In this document: one piece after another, positions 1 to 9,328 of the stretch
How the letters are laid out: every line of letters starts with the position of its first letter
Numbering within the stretch: the first letter of the stretch is position 1
Assembly (NCBI GenBank): GCA_046758505.1
Contig: JBHIAH010000004.1
Span: 1-64,000 of the forward strand
DNA length: 64,000 nucleotides
Reading direction: 5' to 3'
Source of the DNA: Candidatus Methylomirabilales bacterium
Lineage (GTDB): Bacteria; Methylomirabilota; Methylomirabilia; Methylomirabilales; CSP1-5
Program-made: the position numbers and the translations under genes
Notes under the pieces: model-generated
What the model saw: only the letters and a program-made list of their open reading frames with translations
Database searches by the model: none
What the model was told of the DNA's origin: nothing

Positions 1-2
1 GG

Positions 3-962
3 ACGAACGCCGCCCTCAGCACCTTCGGCGGCCGGGTGCAGGATGGCGCCATGGGGGTCCAGGAGATCATCCCCCCCATCCCGGACGTGTTGTACGACCC
101 CAACAATGCGGATGTCTCCTCCCATCTGATGATCGAGGCCGGCAATGCCGGGGATTCGCCTACGCTCAAAGACGCGAAGCTCTACTACCAAGCGGACCTG
201 ATCATCGTCGACGAAAAGGCCTACGACCAGGCCGGCAACGAGGTAAAGCTGAACAAGTGCAAGGGCAAAGGGGGGGCGAAGGCGGTCAGTAAGACGCAAT
301 TCTACGACGGCCGGGAGAAGAAGGACGTCACCGTCACCGATATCGACGTTGCCCTGTTGAATTCCTGTGGGCTCATGCCGACAAACGGCATCATCTATGC
401 GTACCGGACGGGGACGAAGCCGAAGAAAGGTTATGGCGTCCGGCTGACGAATGGCGCCGAGCTGCCAAGCCAGGGGCTCACGGTGGTTTCGGAGGACCCG
501 GTCTATGTCCAGGGGGACTACAACACGGTGAACAAGGTCCCGGCCGCCGTGTTGGGTGATGCGATCACCGTTCTCTCCAACAACTGGGAGAAGAACAACT
601 ACGATAAGCAGGGCAAGGACAAGACCTCCAGTCGATCGGCGGCCGAGACCACGGTGAACGCCGCCTTCGCCATGGGCCCGAGCCACGAGTCGACGCTCGG
701 GAAAGAGAACGGCCAGCTCAATAACCTGATCCGCTTCCTGGAGGACTGGAAGGATGTGGACTTCAACTACAACGGCTCCCTCGTCGCCCTCTGGCATAGC
801 CAGGAGGCCACCGAGTATTTCGAGTGCTGCGGGGACGACGCCCCGTACTACTACCGGCCCCCCAACCGCAACTGGGCCTACGATCCGCTTTTTGACACCC
901 AAGTCCCCCCCGGGACGCCGATGGGGATCATCATCACGCGGGGGCAGTGGTCACAGGGGTAA
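3..962 (+). CDS. PilX-like type IV pilus-associated protein, C-terminal part (5'-truncated by the window edge)
   Basis: Frame is open from position 3 (TNAALSTFGGRVQDG...). Motifs LTVVSEDPVYVQGDYN and YYRPPNRNWAYD recall C-termini of PilX-family/HpsA-like proteins. Adjacent to a prepilin gene and pilMNOPQ. Confidence 0.55.
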   Translation, partial: TNAALSTFGGRVQDGAMGVQEIIPPIPDVLYDPNNADVSSHLMIEAGNAGDSPTLKDAKLYYQADLIIVDEKAYDQAGNEVKLNKCKGKGGAKAVSKTQFYDGREKKDVTVTDIDVALLNSCGLMPTNGIIYAYRTGTKPKKGYGVRLTNGAELPSQGLTVVSEDPVYVQGDYNTVNKVPAAVLGDAITVLSNNWEKNNYDKQGKDKTSSRSAAETTVNAAFAMGPSHESTLGKENGQLNNLIRFLEDWKDVDFNYNGSLVALWHSQEATEYFECCGDDAPYYYRPPNRNWAYDPLFDTQVPPGTPMGIIITRGQWSQG

Positions 963-972
963 AGGAGTGGGG

Positions 973-1350
973 ATGCGAACAGTGCGGAATCACCGAGGTT
1001 TTACCCTCATCGAGGTCATGATTGCGGCGGCGATTCTGGCCGTGGGTCTTTTGGCGCTGGTGAGCGCCTTCCCCATCGGCTATGTCGATGTGACCGCGAG
1101 CGGCGGCCAGTCCAAGGCCACGGCCTATGCCCAGCAGATGCTGGAACAGCTGAAAAACCAACCCTTTACTGTTGCCGCCAACGGGAACGACGCCCCCGAC
1201 CCGGTAGACCCCACATACAACAGGACCTGGACGATCACGCAGGAGCCGGGCACGAATCCCCCAAACCGCCTGGCCCGAATCACCGTCACGGTGACCTGGG
1301 GGGGGCCCCGGCTGCAGACGGTCACCCTCGAGACGATGCGGGCAGAGTAA
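973..1350 (+). CDS. Type IV minor pilin (PilV-like), prepilin N-methylation motif
   Basis: SD AAGGAG then ATG at 973. MRTVRNHRG^FTLIEVMIAAAILAVGLLAL is a class III signal with E5. Confidence 0.85.
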   Translation: MRTVRNHRGFTLIEVMIAAAILAVGLLALVSAFPIGYVDVTASGGQSKATAYAQQMLEQLKNQPFTVAANGNDAPDPVDPTYNRTWTITQEPGTNPPNRLARITVTVTWGGPRLQTVTLETMRAE

Positions 1351-1656
1351 GGGCCTGGGCAACGCACACGCTGTTGTGAGCCTATCCAGCCAGCCCCAGC
1401 ACCGCTCTGGCTCTGCACAGATGTGGGGTCGGGAAAATGCCTCAAGGTGGCGACCCCGCGTTCGTCGTGTCATCCAATGGATTTCCATGGCCCTCCCGAA
1501 AATGATGTCTGAGCCAAGAAGGAAGGGATCGGGACCTTCTGCTCTCCGGATGCCCGGTCCCCCCTGTCGGGCAATTCGCCAGGCCGCATTCCGCGCCGAT
1601 CCAAGAGCATGCGAAGAAAAAGCCGCAATTTCACAGGACACGCGCCTGGAAAGACT

Positions 1657-1672
1657 TGGCCCATTTTTTGCT
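1657..1672 (+). promoter_or_regulatory. Candidate sigma54 (-24/-12) promoter for pilMNOPQ
   Basis: TGGCCCA-TTTT-TTGCT: GG(1658-59)-N10-GC(1670-71). Overlaps TTGACA at 1672-1677. Confidence 0.55.
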
Positions 1673-1766
1673 TGACAAAACTGGAAACCAGGATTATTAG
1701 CCTAACAACATTGATGAAGCGTTTGAAGGGACCAAGATCATCTATGGACGAGGAAAGGATTTTCTG

Positions 1767-2834
1767 ATGGCGAGCTTTTTCAAGGGAAAACGCGGCTCGG
1801 CTGTTCTGGGAGTGGATATCGGAACCAGTGCGGTCAAGACGGTCCAGCTCAAACATTCGGGAAAAAGGGTTGAGTTGGTCCATCTGGGCGTCGCACCCCT
1901 CCCCCCCGAGGCGATCGTGGATGGGGCGATCATGGACGGCGGGGCCGTAATCGCCGCACTTCAGCAGATCTTTGACGAGCACAAGATCGGCGTGAAGGAC
2001 GTGGCGGTGGGGGTCTCCGGCAATTCCGTCATCATCAAACCCATCAAGATGCCCCTGATGAAACCGCAGGAACTGGCGGACTCGATCCAGTGGGAAGCCG
2101 AGCAGCACATCCCCTTTGCGATTGAGGACGTGAACCTGGACTATGAGATTCTCCGCAGCCCGCCGGGCGCGGTCGAGATGGACGTCCTCCTCGTTGCAGT
2201 AAAGAAGGAAGTCATCAGTGAGTACCTGACTGTGGCCTCCTCCGCGGGCCTGAACGTGGCCATTGTGGATGTGGATGCCTTCGCGGTGGCGAATGCGTAC
2301 GAGGCGGCATACGAGGTCAGCCCGGATGAGGTAGTGGCTCTGCTGCACGTGGGGGCGGCCGTGACGACCGTCAGTATCCTTCGGGGGGGGACCCTCCTCT
2401 TTACTCGGGACAGCGTCCTGGGGGGAAACCGTTATAACGAATCGATTCAGAAAATGCTCGGTGTGAGCTATGAGCAGGCAGAGACGTTGAAAGTGGGAGG
2501 ACGGGTGGAAGGGTACACCGGGGCGGATAGTCAGCCGGCCATCGATCTCGTCAACGCGGAGGTAGCAGGTGACGTGCGGCGCTCGATCGACTTCTTTCGC
2601 TCAGCGGCCCCGTCCGGGGTGATCCACCGGATGCTCGTGAGCGGTGGTGTGGCACGCCTTCCCCGATTCATCCCGTACCTGAGCGAAGCCTTGGACCTTC
2701 CGGTGGACCTCGCCAACCCGCTGCGCCACGTCAAGGCGGACCCCAAGCGGTTTGACCCGGAGTATCTCGACCACATCGCGCCCCAGCTGTCCGTGGGGGT
2801 CGGGCTTGCCTTGCGAGAGGTGGGGGACAAATGA
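1767..2834 (+). CDS. pilM: Type IV pilus assembly protein PilM
   Basis: VLGVDIGTSAVK actin-like motif, WEAEQHIPF, SGGVAR, VGVGLALR; first gene of MNOPQ. Confidence 0.95.
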   Translation: MASFFKGKRGSAVLGVDIGTSAVKTVQLKHSGKRVELVHLGVAPLPPEAIVDGAIMDGGAVIAALQQIFDEHKIGVKDVAVGVSGNSVIIKPIKMPLMKPQELADSIQWEAEQHIPFAIEDVNLDYEILRSPPGAVEMDVLLVAVKKEVISEYLTVASSAGLNVAIVDVDAFAVANAYEAAYEVSPDEVVALLHVGAAVTTVSILRGGTLLFTRDSVLGGNRYNESIQKMLGVSYEQAETLKVGGRVEGYTGADSQPAIDLVNAEVAGDVRRSIDFFRSAAPSGVIHRMLVSGGVARLPRFIPYLSEALDLPVDLANPLRHVKADPKRFDPEYLDHIAPQLSVGVGLALREVGDK

Positions 2835-3370
2835 TCAAGGTCAACCTTCTGCCCAGGGTTGCCCGCAGGGCGGGTGGCGGCGACTGGCGCTCGATGGCGG
2901 GCGCGGCGGGCGCAGTCCTCATCGTGCTCGGAATGGGATATCAGTGGTGGAGCCTGTCCAGCCAGGCGCGGACCCTGGAAAGAAAGATCGTGACGATGCA
3001 GGCCGAGATCAAGAAGCTCGAGGTGGTGGCGAAGAAGGTCGATAAGTTCAAGGCAGACAAAAAGCTGTTGGAAGCGCGGATCAAGGTGATCCGGACACTC
3101 CTCGCCTCCCAGAGCGTGCCGGTCCACATCCTCCAGGCGCTTAACGATAAGCTGCCGGATGAGATGTGGATTAGCGCGCTCTCCAAGACCGGGACCAGGC
3201 TCGTGATTCGCGGGTATTCCTTCACCGATTTCGGCATAGCCAACTTTATGACCCAGCTGGGCCGGACCGCCCCCCTTTTTCGAGAGGTGGAACTGGTCGT
3301 CTCGGAGCAGGCCGAGGTGCAAAAGGTCCCCCTGAAGAAGTTTGAGATCGTGTGCAACGTGGCGGGCTGA
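2831..3370 (+). CDS. pilN: Type IV pilus assembly protein PilN
   Basis: MIKVNLLP motif, TM helix, coiled coil, PilN domain; ATGA overlap with pilM. Confidence 0.93.
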   Translation: MIKVNLLPRVARRAGGGDWRSMAGAAGAVLIVLGMGYQWWSLSSQARTLERKIVTMQAEIKKLEVVAKKVDKFKADKKLLEARIKVIRTLLASQSVPVHILQALNDKLPDEMWISALSKTGTRLVIRGYSFTDFGIANFMTQLGRTAPLFREVELVVSEQAEVQKVPLKKFEIVCNVAG

Positions 3371-3389
3371 TCCGGCGGGGGAGTGAGCC

Positions 3390-4034
3390 ATGGATATCAA
3401 AGGGCTTTTTGCCAACACACCGAAACGGCAGCAGTATCTGTTGCTGGGGATCCTTGGCATCGCCCTGGTGGCGGGATGGTGGAAGTATCTGTACCAGCCG
3501 GCCCGGGGACGGCGGGACGTACTTCTCGGGCGAGTCGCCCGGCTGCAGCAGGACATCTTCCAGAAGAAACGGATTAGCCAGGAACTTCCCAAGCTGGAGG
3601 CCGCGCGGAAGGCCCTTCAGGCGGATCTTGAACAGGCCCTGCGCCGCCTCCCAGAAGAAAAGGAGATCCCCATTCTCCTGACGCAGATCAACCGCCTCGG
3701 CCAGGAGGCGGGCTTGACGTTTTCCCTCTTCAAGCCGGGGAAGCCGACCAAAGATGAATTCTACACGCGCGTTCCCATTCGCATCAGGGCGGAGGGGACG
3801 TATCACGCCCTGGGGCGCTTTTTCGAGGCGATCGGCCGGATGGAGCGAATTGTCAATATCACCGACCTCAAGCTCGATCAGGTCGACGCCCGGCATCAGG
3901 CGAGGTCAGACAACGCCACGATCACGGGAGAATTCACCGCGATGACCTTTACCTTTGGCGGAACGGCGGACGAGCCCCAGGGAGAGTCGAAGGCGGGGGC
4001 GAAGCGGGGGACGAAAAGGGGGGCGAGGCGATGA
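3390..4034 (+). CDS. pilO: Type IV pilus assembly protein PilO
   Basis: TM, coiled coil, LPEEKEIP, GTYHALGRFFEAIGRMERIVNI. Confidence 0.93.
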   Translation: MDIKGLFANTPKRQQYLLLGILGIALVAGWWKYLYQPARGRRDVLLGRVARLQQDIFQKKRISQELPKLEAARKALQADLEQALRRLPEEKEIPILLTQINRLGQEAGLTFSLFKPGKPTKDEFYTRVPIRIRAEGTYHALGRFFEAIGRMERIVNITDLKLDQVDARHQARSDNATITGEFTAMTFTFGGTADEPQGESKAGAKRGTKRGARR

Positions 4035-4519
4035 GGTATCTGACCCTCGGTCTCCTGCTCCTCAGTCTGGTGTCCGCGGGGTGTTCGTCGGAGGCTCCCT
4101 CTCCGCCGACGCGACGGCCCGCCCAGCGACCCGGACGAAGCACGGCTGCGGCCCCCACCCGATCGTCCCCGGCAGGCCAACCTGTAAACCTCGGACCGGC
4201 ACGGTATAATCCGAAGGACCGCCGAGACCCCTTTTATCCCCTGGTAGAACCGCCGCGGGAGGAAAAAGCCCTTGATATTGGCGGCTACAAGCTCTCGGGA
4301 ATCGTTTGGCAGAAGGATCACTATTTTGCGCTGCTCGAGACCCCGGACGGCCTTGGGCACATCTTGAGGGTGAACGACCGGCTGGGCCCCGACGCCCGCG
4401 TAAAGGCGATCACCAAGGAAGCGGTCCTCATCGAGATGAAAGATAAAAACGCCGCGAGGAAAGGGCAGGTCCGGACCATTCGACTGGAGCTGCAGCAAAA
4501 AAAGAAGGAGGGGAAATGA
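4031..4519 (+). CDS. pilP: Type IV pilus lipoprotein PilP
   Basis: Lipobox-like SAGC, YNPKDRRDPF motif, located between pilO and pilQ. Confidence 0.88.
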   Translation: MRYLTLGLLLLSLVSAGCSSEAPSPPTRRPAQRPGRSTAAAPTRSSPAGQPVNLGPARYNPKDRRDPFYPLVEPPREEKALDIGGYKLSGIVWQKDHYFALLETPDGLGHILRVNDRLGPDARVKAITKEAVLIEMKDKNAARKGQVRTIRLELQQKKKEGK

Positions 4520-7014
4520 TGCAGCGGGTAACGGCCTCCCAGGCCCCGCGATGGGCCGTAGGGGTTTTGGTGGGGATGGTCACGGTCTCAGGGATTGCGA
4601 TGCCGACCGTATCATTCCCGACGGCGAGAGCGGCAGAGCATGAGTCTCTGCCGGATTCGAGCACCCCTGCGGTTGCACCCGTCTCCGTGGTTCCCGAGGG
4701 CATTCGGATCCCTCCGCCGCAGTCAGCAGCAACCCCGGCCGTTGGCGCCACCGAGCTTGGCGCTCCGAATCGGGTAACCGGGGTCGAGCTCACAGACGTT
4801 GGTCCAACATCGGCCACTGTGCTGATCAGAACCGACCGGGCCGTGGAAAGCTACGAGTCCTTTGCCCTGCCCGATCCGCCCCGGTTGGTCATTGATATCC
4901 CCAATGCGGTCGACGCGGCTCCCAAGTTCTTGGGATCGCAGGGGCCGATCACGGAGATCCGCACCTCGCAGTATAAGGCTCGCCCGGTCAAAGTGGTTCG
5001 GGTCGTCTTCGATCTGGCTTCCTCGTTGCCGTACCAGGTCCAGGCGGCTCCCGGTCCCTTCCAGGTGCTGATTGGCGGCGAGGCCGCGGCGGCGGCGCCA
5101 GAAACTCCAGCCGAGGCCGCGGTGGCAGCCGAAGCTGCACCCAAAGCGGAAGAGGGTCCGCCGGGGGCCCTCCCCCAAGCGCCCGCCCCAGCGCCAGAGG
5201 CCGCTGCGCCACAACCCGGGATCGAAGGGCGGGTGGAAGGTGTCGATTACCGACCGCAGGATGGGAAAGCAGAGATTCTTGTTCGGACCAGCGGGCCGAT
5301 CACTTTTAACGTCTCAGAAGTGAGCACGCCCCCCGGCCTCATCCTGGATGTGGGCGGGGCGGTCATCGACCCGCAGGCGGCGAAGGTTCTCGACGTCAGG
5401 CAGCTGCCGGGTCCGGTCCAGCGCATTCGGGCAGCCCAGCATCGCCTGGAACCAGACAAGGCAGTGCGTATTGTGGCGGACCTCAAGAAGCAGGTCCGTT
5501 ATGATGTAGTCCAGACGCCGCAGGGCATTCTCCTCGGGCTCGAGAAACCGGCTGTCGTCGCGCAAGCTCCCCCCGTTGCTCAGCAAGAGGCCCCTCCGCA
5601 GGAGAAACCGATGCCGCCGCCGGCTCCGACCCCCACCGCGGAGGCTCCTGCCCCGAAGGCTCCCGTCCCCGCAGCCGCGGCCCCCGAGGCGCCGGGTCCG
5701 GAGGCCCCTGCCCGCCTCTCCATGGACTTCAAGGATGTCGACATCAATAACCTCTTGCGGATCATTGCAGAGGTGAGCGGGCAGAATATTGTGGCCGGGG
5801 AAGATGTCAGGGGGAAGGTCACCGTGCGCTTGGTGGATGTTCCGTGGGACGTGGCGCTCGATAATATCCTCCGGATCAATGGATTTGGTTTTGTCCAGGA
5901 GGATAACATCCTCCGAATCGCCAAGATAGACGCCATTCGCAAAGAGCGGGATCAACGGCGGAAAGAGCAATTGGAGCTGATCAGGCTCCAGGAGGAAGCG
6001 GCCGCGGAGCCCCTGACGACCGAGATTCTCCGTGTGAGTTACGCCGATCCCACGAAAGTCGTGCAGAACCTGACGAAGGTCAAGAGCAAGCGGGGATCGA
6101 TTTCAGTGGACGAGCGGACGGCGTCCCTCATCATTCAGGATACGAAAGCGAACATCGAGAAGATGCGGACCCTCCTGACCGAGCTGGACCAGGCGACCCC
6201 CCAGGTGATGATCGAGGGCCGGATCGTCACGGTCTCGACAAAACACAGCCGGTCCCTCGGCATCCAGTGGGGCTTCCAACGGTCTTTGCCGTCTACGAGA
6301 ACCAGGGGTTCGAAGGTCGTTCTCTCCGATGTCTTTGGCACCGCTGGGCCAGAACTGACTGGACCGACCAATGTGGCCGGCGTGGTGAGCGCTGCCGGGT
6401 CTGTCCCGGCCGCGGTCAACTTGCCGGTTTCCGGGCCCGCCGGGGCCCTCGGGTTCATCCTGGGGAGCATCGACAACCGGTTGAGGCTCAATGTCCAGCT
6501 GAGTGCCCTGGAGGAACAGTCGCTGGCCCGAACCCTTTCCACACCGCGTATCGTGGCCTTGGACAATCAAGAGGCGGAGATCAAACAGGGAGAAGAAGTC
6601 CCCTTTACCACCGTCGATTCTTCGGGCCGGACCACGGTGACCTTTAAAGAGGCGGTCCTCAGTCTCAAGGTGACGCCCCACGTGACCGCCGATGACCGAA
6701 TCTCGTTAAAGGTAAAGGCCACCGACGACACCAAGGGAGAGCGAATCGATTTTGCCGGAGGATTCGCCTTTCCGTTTAACAAAAACGAGGCGACGAGCAG
6801 CCTCTTAATCGACAATGGCGCCACCGTCGTCATCGGCGGGGTGAGGAAGCGGACCGAGAGCGTCGCCGAAACCCGGGTTCCCTTTCTCGGCAACCTCCCG
6901 ATCCTGGGCTGGCTCTTCAAGAGGCGGACCGAGAATCTCGAGCCCGAGAGCTTGGAGCTCTTAATCTTTATTACCCCAACGATCCTCGAGCAGCCCCGTC
7001 AAGCCCGGCGCTAG
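4516..7014 (+). CDS. pilQ: Type IV pilus secretin PilQ with two AMIN domains
   Basis: LPDPPRLVIDI (AMIN), SMDFKDVDI/VPWDVALD (N0), PQVMIEGRIV, VPFLGNLPILGWLFK, ELLIFITPTI; Pro/Ala-rich linkers. Confidence 0.96.
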   Translation: MMQRVTASQAPRWAVGVLVGMVTVSGIAMPTVSFPTARAAEHESLPDSSTPAVAPVSVVPEGIRIPPPQSAATPAVGATELGAPNRVTGVELTDVGPTSATVLIRTDRAVESYESFALPDPPRLVIDIPNAVDAAPKFLGSQGPITEIRTSQYKARPVKVVRVVFDLASSLPYQVQAAPGPFQVLIGGEAAAAAPETPAEAAVAAEAAPKAEEGPPGALPQAPAPAPEAAAPQPGIEGRVEGVDYRPQDGKAEILVRTSGPITFNVSEVSTPPGLILDVGGAVIDPQAAKVLDVRQLPGPVQRIRAAQHRLEPDKAVRIVADLKKQVRYDVVQTPQGILLGLEKPAVVAQAPPVAQQEAPPQEKPMPPPAPTPTAEAPAPKAPVPAAAAPEAPGPEAPARLSMDFKDVDINNLLRIIAEVSGQNIVAGEDVRGKVTVRLVDVPWDVALDNILRINGFGFVQEDNILRIAKIDAIRKERDQRRKEQLELIRLQEEAAAEPLTTEILRVSYADPTKVVQNLTKVKSKRGSISVDERTASLIIQDTKANIEKMRTLLTELDQATPQVMIEGRIVTVSTKHSRSLGIQWGFQRSLPSTRTRGSKVVLSDVFGTAGPELTGPTNVAGVVSAAGSVPAAVNLPVSGPAGALGFILGSIDNRLRLNVQLSALEEQSLARTLSTPRIVALDNQEAEIKQGEEVPFTTVDSSGRTTVTFKEAVLSLKVTPHVTADDRISLKVKATDDTKGERIDFAGGFAFPFNKNEATSSLLIDNGATVVIGGVRKRTESVAETRVPFLGNLPILGWLFKRRTENLEPESLELLIFITPTILEQPRQARR

Positions 7015-7037
7015 TGAACAGCCGGTTCCACGACGCG

Positions 7038-7071
7038 AGGAACGCACCCCCCGGGGTGCGTTTCTGCTTTT
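7038..7071 (+). terminator. Intrinsic terminator after pilQ
   Basis: GGAACGCACCC..GGGTGCGTTTC stem followed by TGCTTTT. Confidence 0.7.
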
Positions 7072-7117
7072 CCCTTGCGCAATTTTCCGCTACCATACTT
7101 TGAAGGAGGTATTGGAC

Positions 7118-7855
7118 ATGCCGCGAATCAGTCTTCTCCGAGTGGCGATGGGGGTCCTCCTCGGCCTCATCCTGTGGGTACAGCCGGCAGCCGCCGCCTC
7201 CAAGCTGATCCTGGCTCTGGGGGACGGGTCCTACATCCGGTCGGGAGCGGTCAAGGGCTGGACGGGGGCCGAGGTCAAAAGGGGACTCGGGAAATATGAG
7301 CTGGTGGAGTTTGCCGTGGTGATCCTCTCGAACATCTCCTACGGTGGGCTCCCCGAGGCCGTCCGGGGGGGGCTCTCCGAATACCTGAGCCGGGGGGGCT
7401 CCCTGCTGATCACCGGGGGACCGAATGCGTACGGCAGCGGCGGATACCAGGCGATGGCCGATCTGATCCCCTTCGAGATCCGAGGCGAGCGGGACTGGCG
7501 AGCCGTCCCCTTCAAGCCGGTGATCCCCCTTCAGACGGGACACCCGATCCTGAGTGGTGTCACCTTCCAGACCGTGGGGAACTTCAATGACCTCAATGCC
7601 AAGCCCGGCGCAGCAGAGATCGCCCAGTATGCCGGTGGGGGGACCGCACAAGGGGCGCAGTTCGCGTCCCCCCTGATCGTTGAGCAGTCGGTGGGGCAGG
7701 GGACCGTGGTGGGTGTCGCCTTCGATCTCGGTCAAGAGGTGCGCGGCGGGTGGGCCGACGGCACCCGCTTTGTCCGGAACCTCCTCACGTATCTGGTGGA
7801 GCGTTCTCCCCTGAAACCCAAACCCAGGGAAGGCTATAGGGGGGGAAGACGATAG
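7118..7855 (+). CDS. Secreted protein with class I glutamine amidotransferase-like (DUF1355-type) fold, paralog 1
   Basis: SD AGGAGG then ATG 7118; signal peptide (QPAAA); FAVVILSNI, YLSRGGSLLITGGPNAYGSGGY, HPILSG, GQGTVV. Confidence 0.6.
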   Translation: MPRISLLRVAMGVLLGLILWVQPAAAASKLILALGDGSYIRSGAVKGWTGAEVKRGLGKYELVEFAVVILSNISYGGLPEAVRGGLSEYLSRGGSLLITGGPNAYGSGGYQAMADLIPFEIRGERDWRAVPFKPVIPLQTGHPILSGVTFQTVGNFNDLNAKPGAAEIAQYAGGGTAQGAQFASPLIVEQSVGQGTVVGVAFDLGQEVRGGWADGTRFVRNLLTYLVERSPLKPKPREGYRGGRR

Positions 7856-7980
7856 GGAAATCATCAAGACGGACACCTCGCGGTCGGCCTGAGGGGTGGT
7901 CGGATGTCGAGGGATCGTGTACTCACTCCTCGCCCAAGAGCACTGAAGAACGATGCGTACCTTGCAACAGGAGGAACGTC

Positions 7981-9180
7981 ATGCGAGATAGGTGGCTCGC
8001 CGCCAGCTTCGCGGTCTTCCTCGTTCTCTGCGTGGCCGGTGTGGCCCCCGCGGCGGAGGAGGCCTCTTCCAGGCTCATTCTTTCGCTCGGGGACGACAGT
8101 TACCTGCCTCAAGGTGCGGTGGAGGGAGCCACAGGGGCCAAGGTCAAGCGGGATCTCGGGGGGTCCGACCTCATCGATTTCTCCCTGGTGATTCTTTCTG
8201 GCATTTCCTATCAAACCCTCCCCTCCGAGGTGCAGGCCAACCTGGTGGATTTTGTCCGGCGGGGAGGGAGTTTGCTCGTGACCGGTGGGAGTCAGGCGTA
8301 CGGCAGCGGCGGATTTGTTGGGACAGACATCGGCGACATGCTTCCCTTGAAGCCGAGAGGCCGCGATTGGGTCCCGCATTCTTTTAGTCCCACGTTCGTT
8401 TTGGAGCCGTCTCATCCCATCCTCCAGGGCGTGACCATCCTCACGATGGCCCATTTCAATGAGTTGGGCCTCAACAGGAATGCGACATTGATCGCCGAAT
8501 ACCGCGGTTCGGGCAAAGCCGCCGTGGCAGGAAGCGGTCTCCTTGCAACGGGCGAGGGCTTCGGGCCAACAGTTCAATCGGCACAACGTGCCAAGCCGGG
8601 AGAAACAACTGGGGCGGTCCCGGGGGGGACGGGCGAAGGAGGTGTCGTGAACAGGCCTGGGGTGACAGAAAGCGGCAAGGCGGTGAGCCCGGGGTTTTCA
8701 GCAGAGGGGGGAGTGCAAGGAGGCGGGAGGGGACTCGGCATGCCGCTCATCGCCGAGGGGCACCACGGGAAGGGAACCATCATCGCCGTCGCCTTGGATC
8801 TCACGCAGGTGGGGGGCTGGAAGGATCGCGACCGCTTCGTCGTCAACACGGTCACATACCTGATGAACCGCTCAACGCTGGAGCCGCGAACGAAGGAGAC
8901 CGTGTCCCGGACATTTTCCCAATGGCAGGCATCGTGTGACCGTCAGCTCCGCCGGGCCTTAGCGGGCGGTTTTGTCTGGAAGAGGACGGCCGCCGACTGC
9001 CGCCGCGAGCTGGAAGAGAGCCGCTTCCCCAAGATGGACCTGGTGGATCTGTGGCTTGCAGAACGCCTGGAGATCGCCCAGGGTGTCGAGGCTGGGACGC
9101 TGTCCGAAGAGGAGGGCGATCGAAAAATTCAGGAACTGAACGCGCGAGTGCAAACCGAGATCCGGAAGGAGCAGGAATGA
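7981..9180 (+). CDS. Secreted GATase-like protein, paralog 2, with Gly-rich insertion and helical C-terminal extension
   Basis: Signal peptide; [32 protein letters not shown] and HPILQGVT align with the upstream gene. Confidence 0.6.
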   Translation: MRDRWLAASFAVFLVLCVAGVAPAAEEASSRLILSLGDDSYLPQGAVEGATGAKVKRDLGGSDLIDFSLVILSGISYQTLPSEVQANLVDFVRRGGSLLVTGGSQAYGSGGFVGTDIGDMLPLKPRGRDWVPHSFSPTFVLEPSHPILQGVTILTMAHFNELGLNRNATLIAEYRGSGKAAVAGSGLLATGEGFGPTVQSAQRAKPGETTGAVPGGTGEGGVVNRPGVTESGKAVSPGFSAEGGVQGGGRGLGMPLIAEGHHGKGTIIAVALDLTQVGGWKDRDRFVVNTVTYLMNRSTLEPRTKETVSRTFSQWQASCDRQLRRALAGGFVWKRTAADCRRELEESRFPKMDLVDLWLAERLEIAQGVEAGTLSEEEGDRKIQELNARVQTEIRKEQE

Positions 9181-9287
9181 CGGGCCTCGGACACACGTTG
9201 CCTCCCGCCCGCCGCGCCGCAGGAGCAGCACGTCAAATGAGGCGTGTGCCATCCGCGGTGCAGAGTCAGCACGGGGGGATCGGGCCT

Positions 9288-9319
9288 TCGGTCATCGGTC
9301 ATCGGTCATCGGTCATCGG
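9288..9319. repeat. Heptamer tandem repeat (TCGGTCA)x4.5
   Basis: Read directly, immediately upstream of aroC. Confidence 0.9.
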
Positions 9320-9328
9320 AGATTGGCG

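Noticed and set aside
754..972. 5' extension of the pilin ORF to 754
   Set aside because: Overlaps the upstream gene; the SD and prepilin leader place the start at 973.
5080..5715. Repetitive Pro/Ala DNA in pilQ (and at 34350-34680 in the SPOR gene)
   Set aside because: Ordinary low-complexity interdomain linkers.
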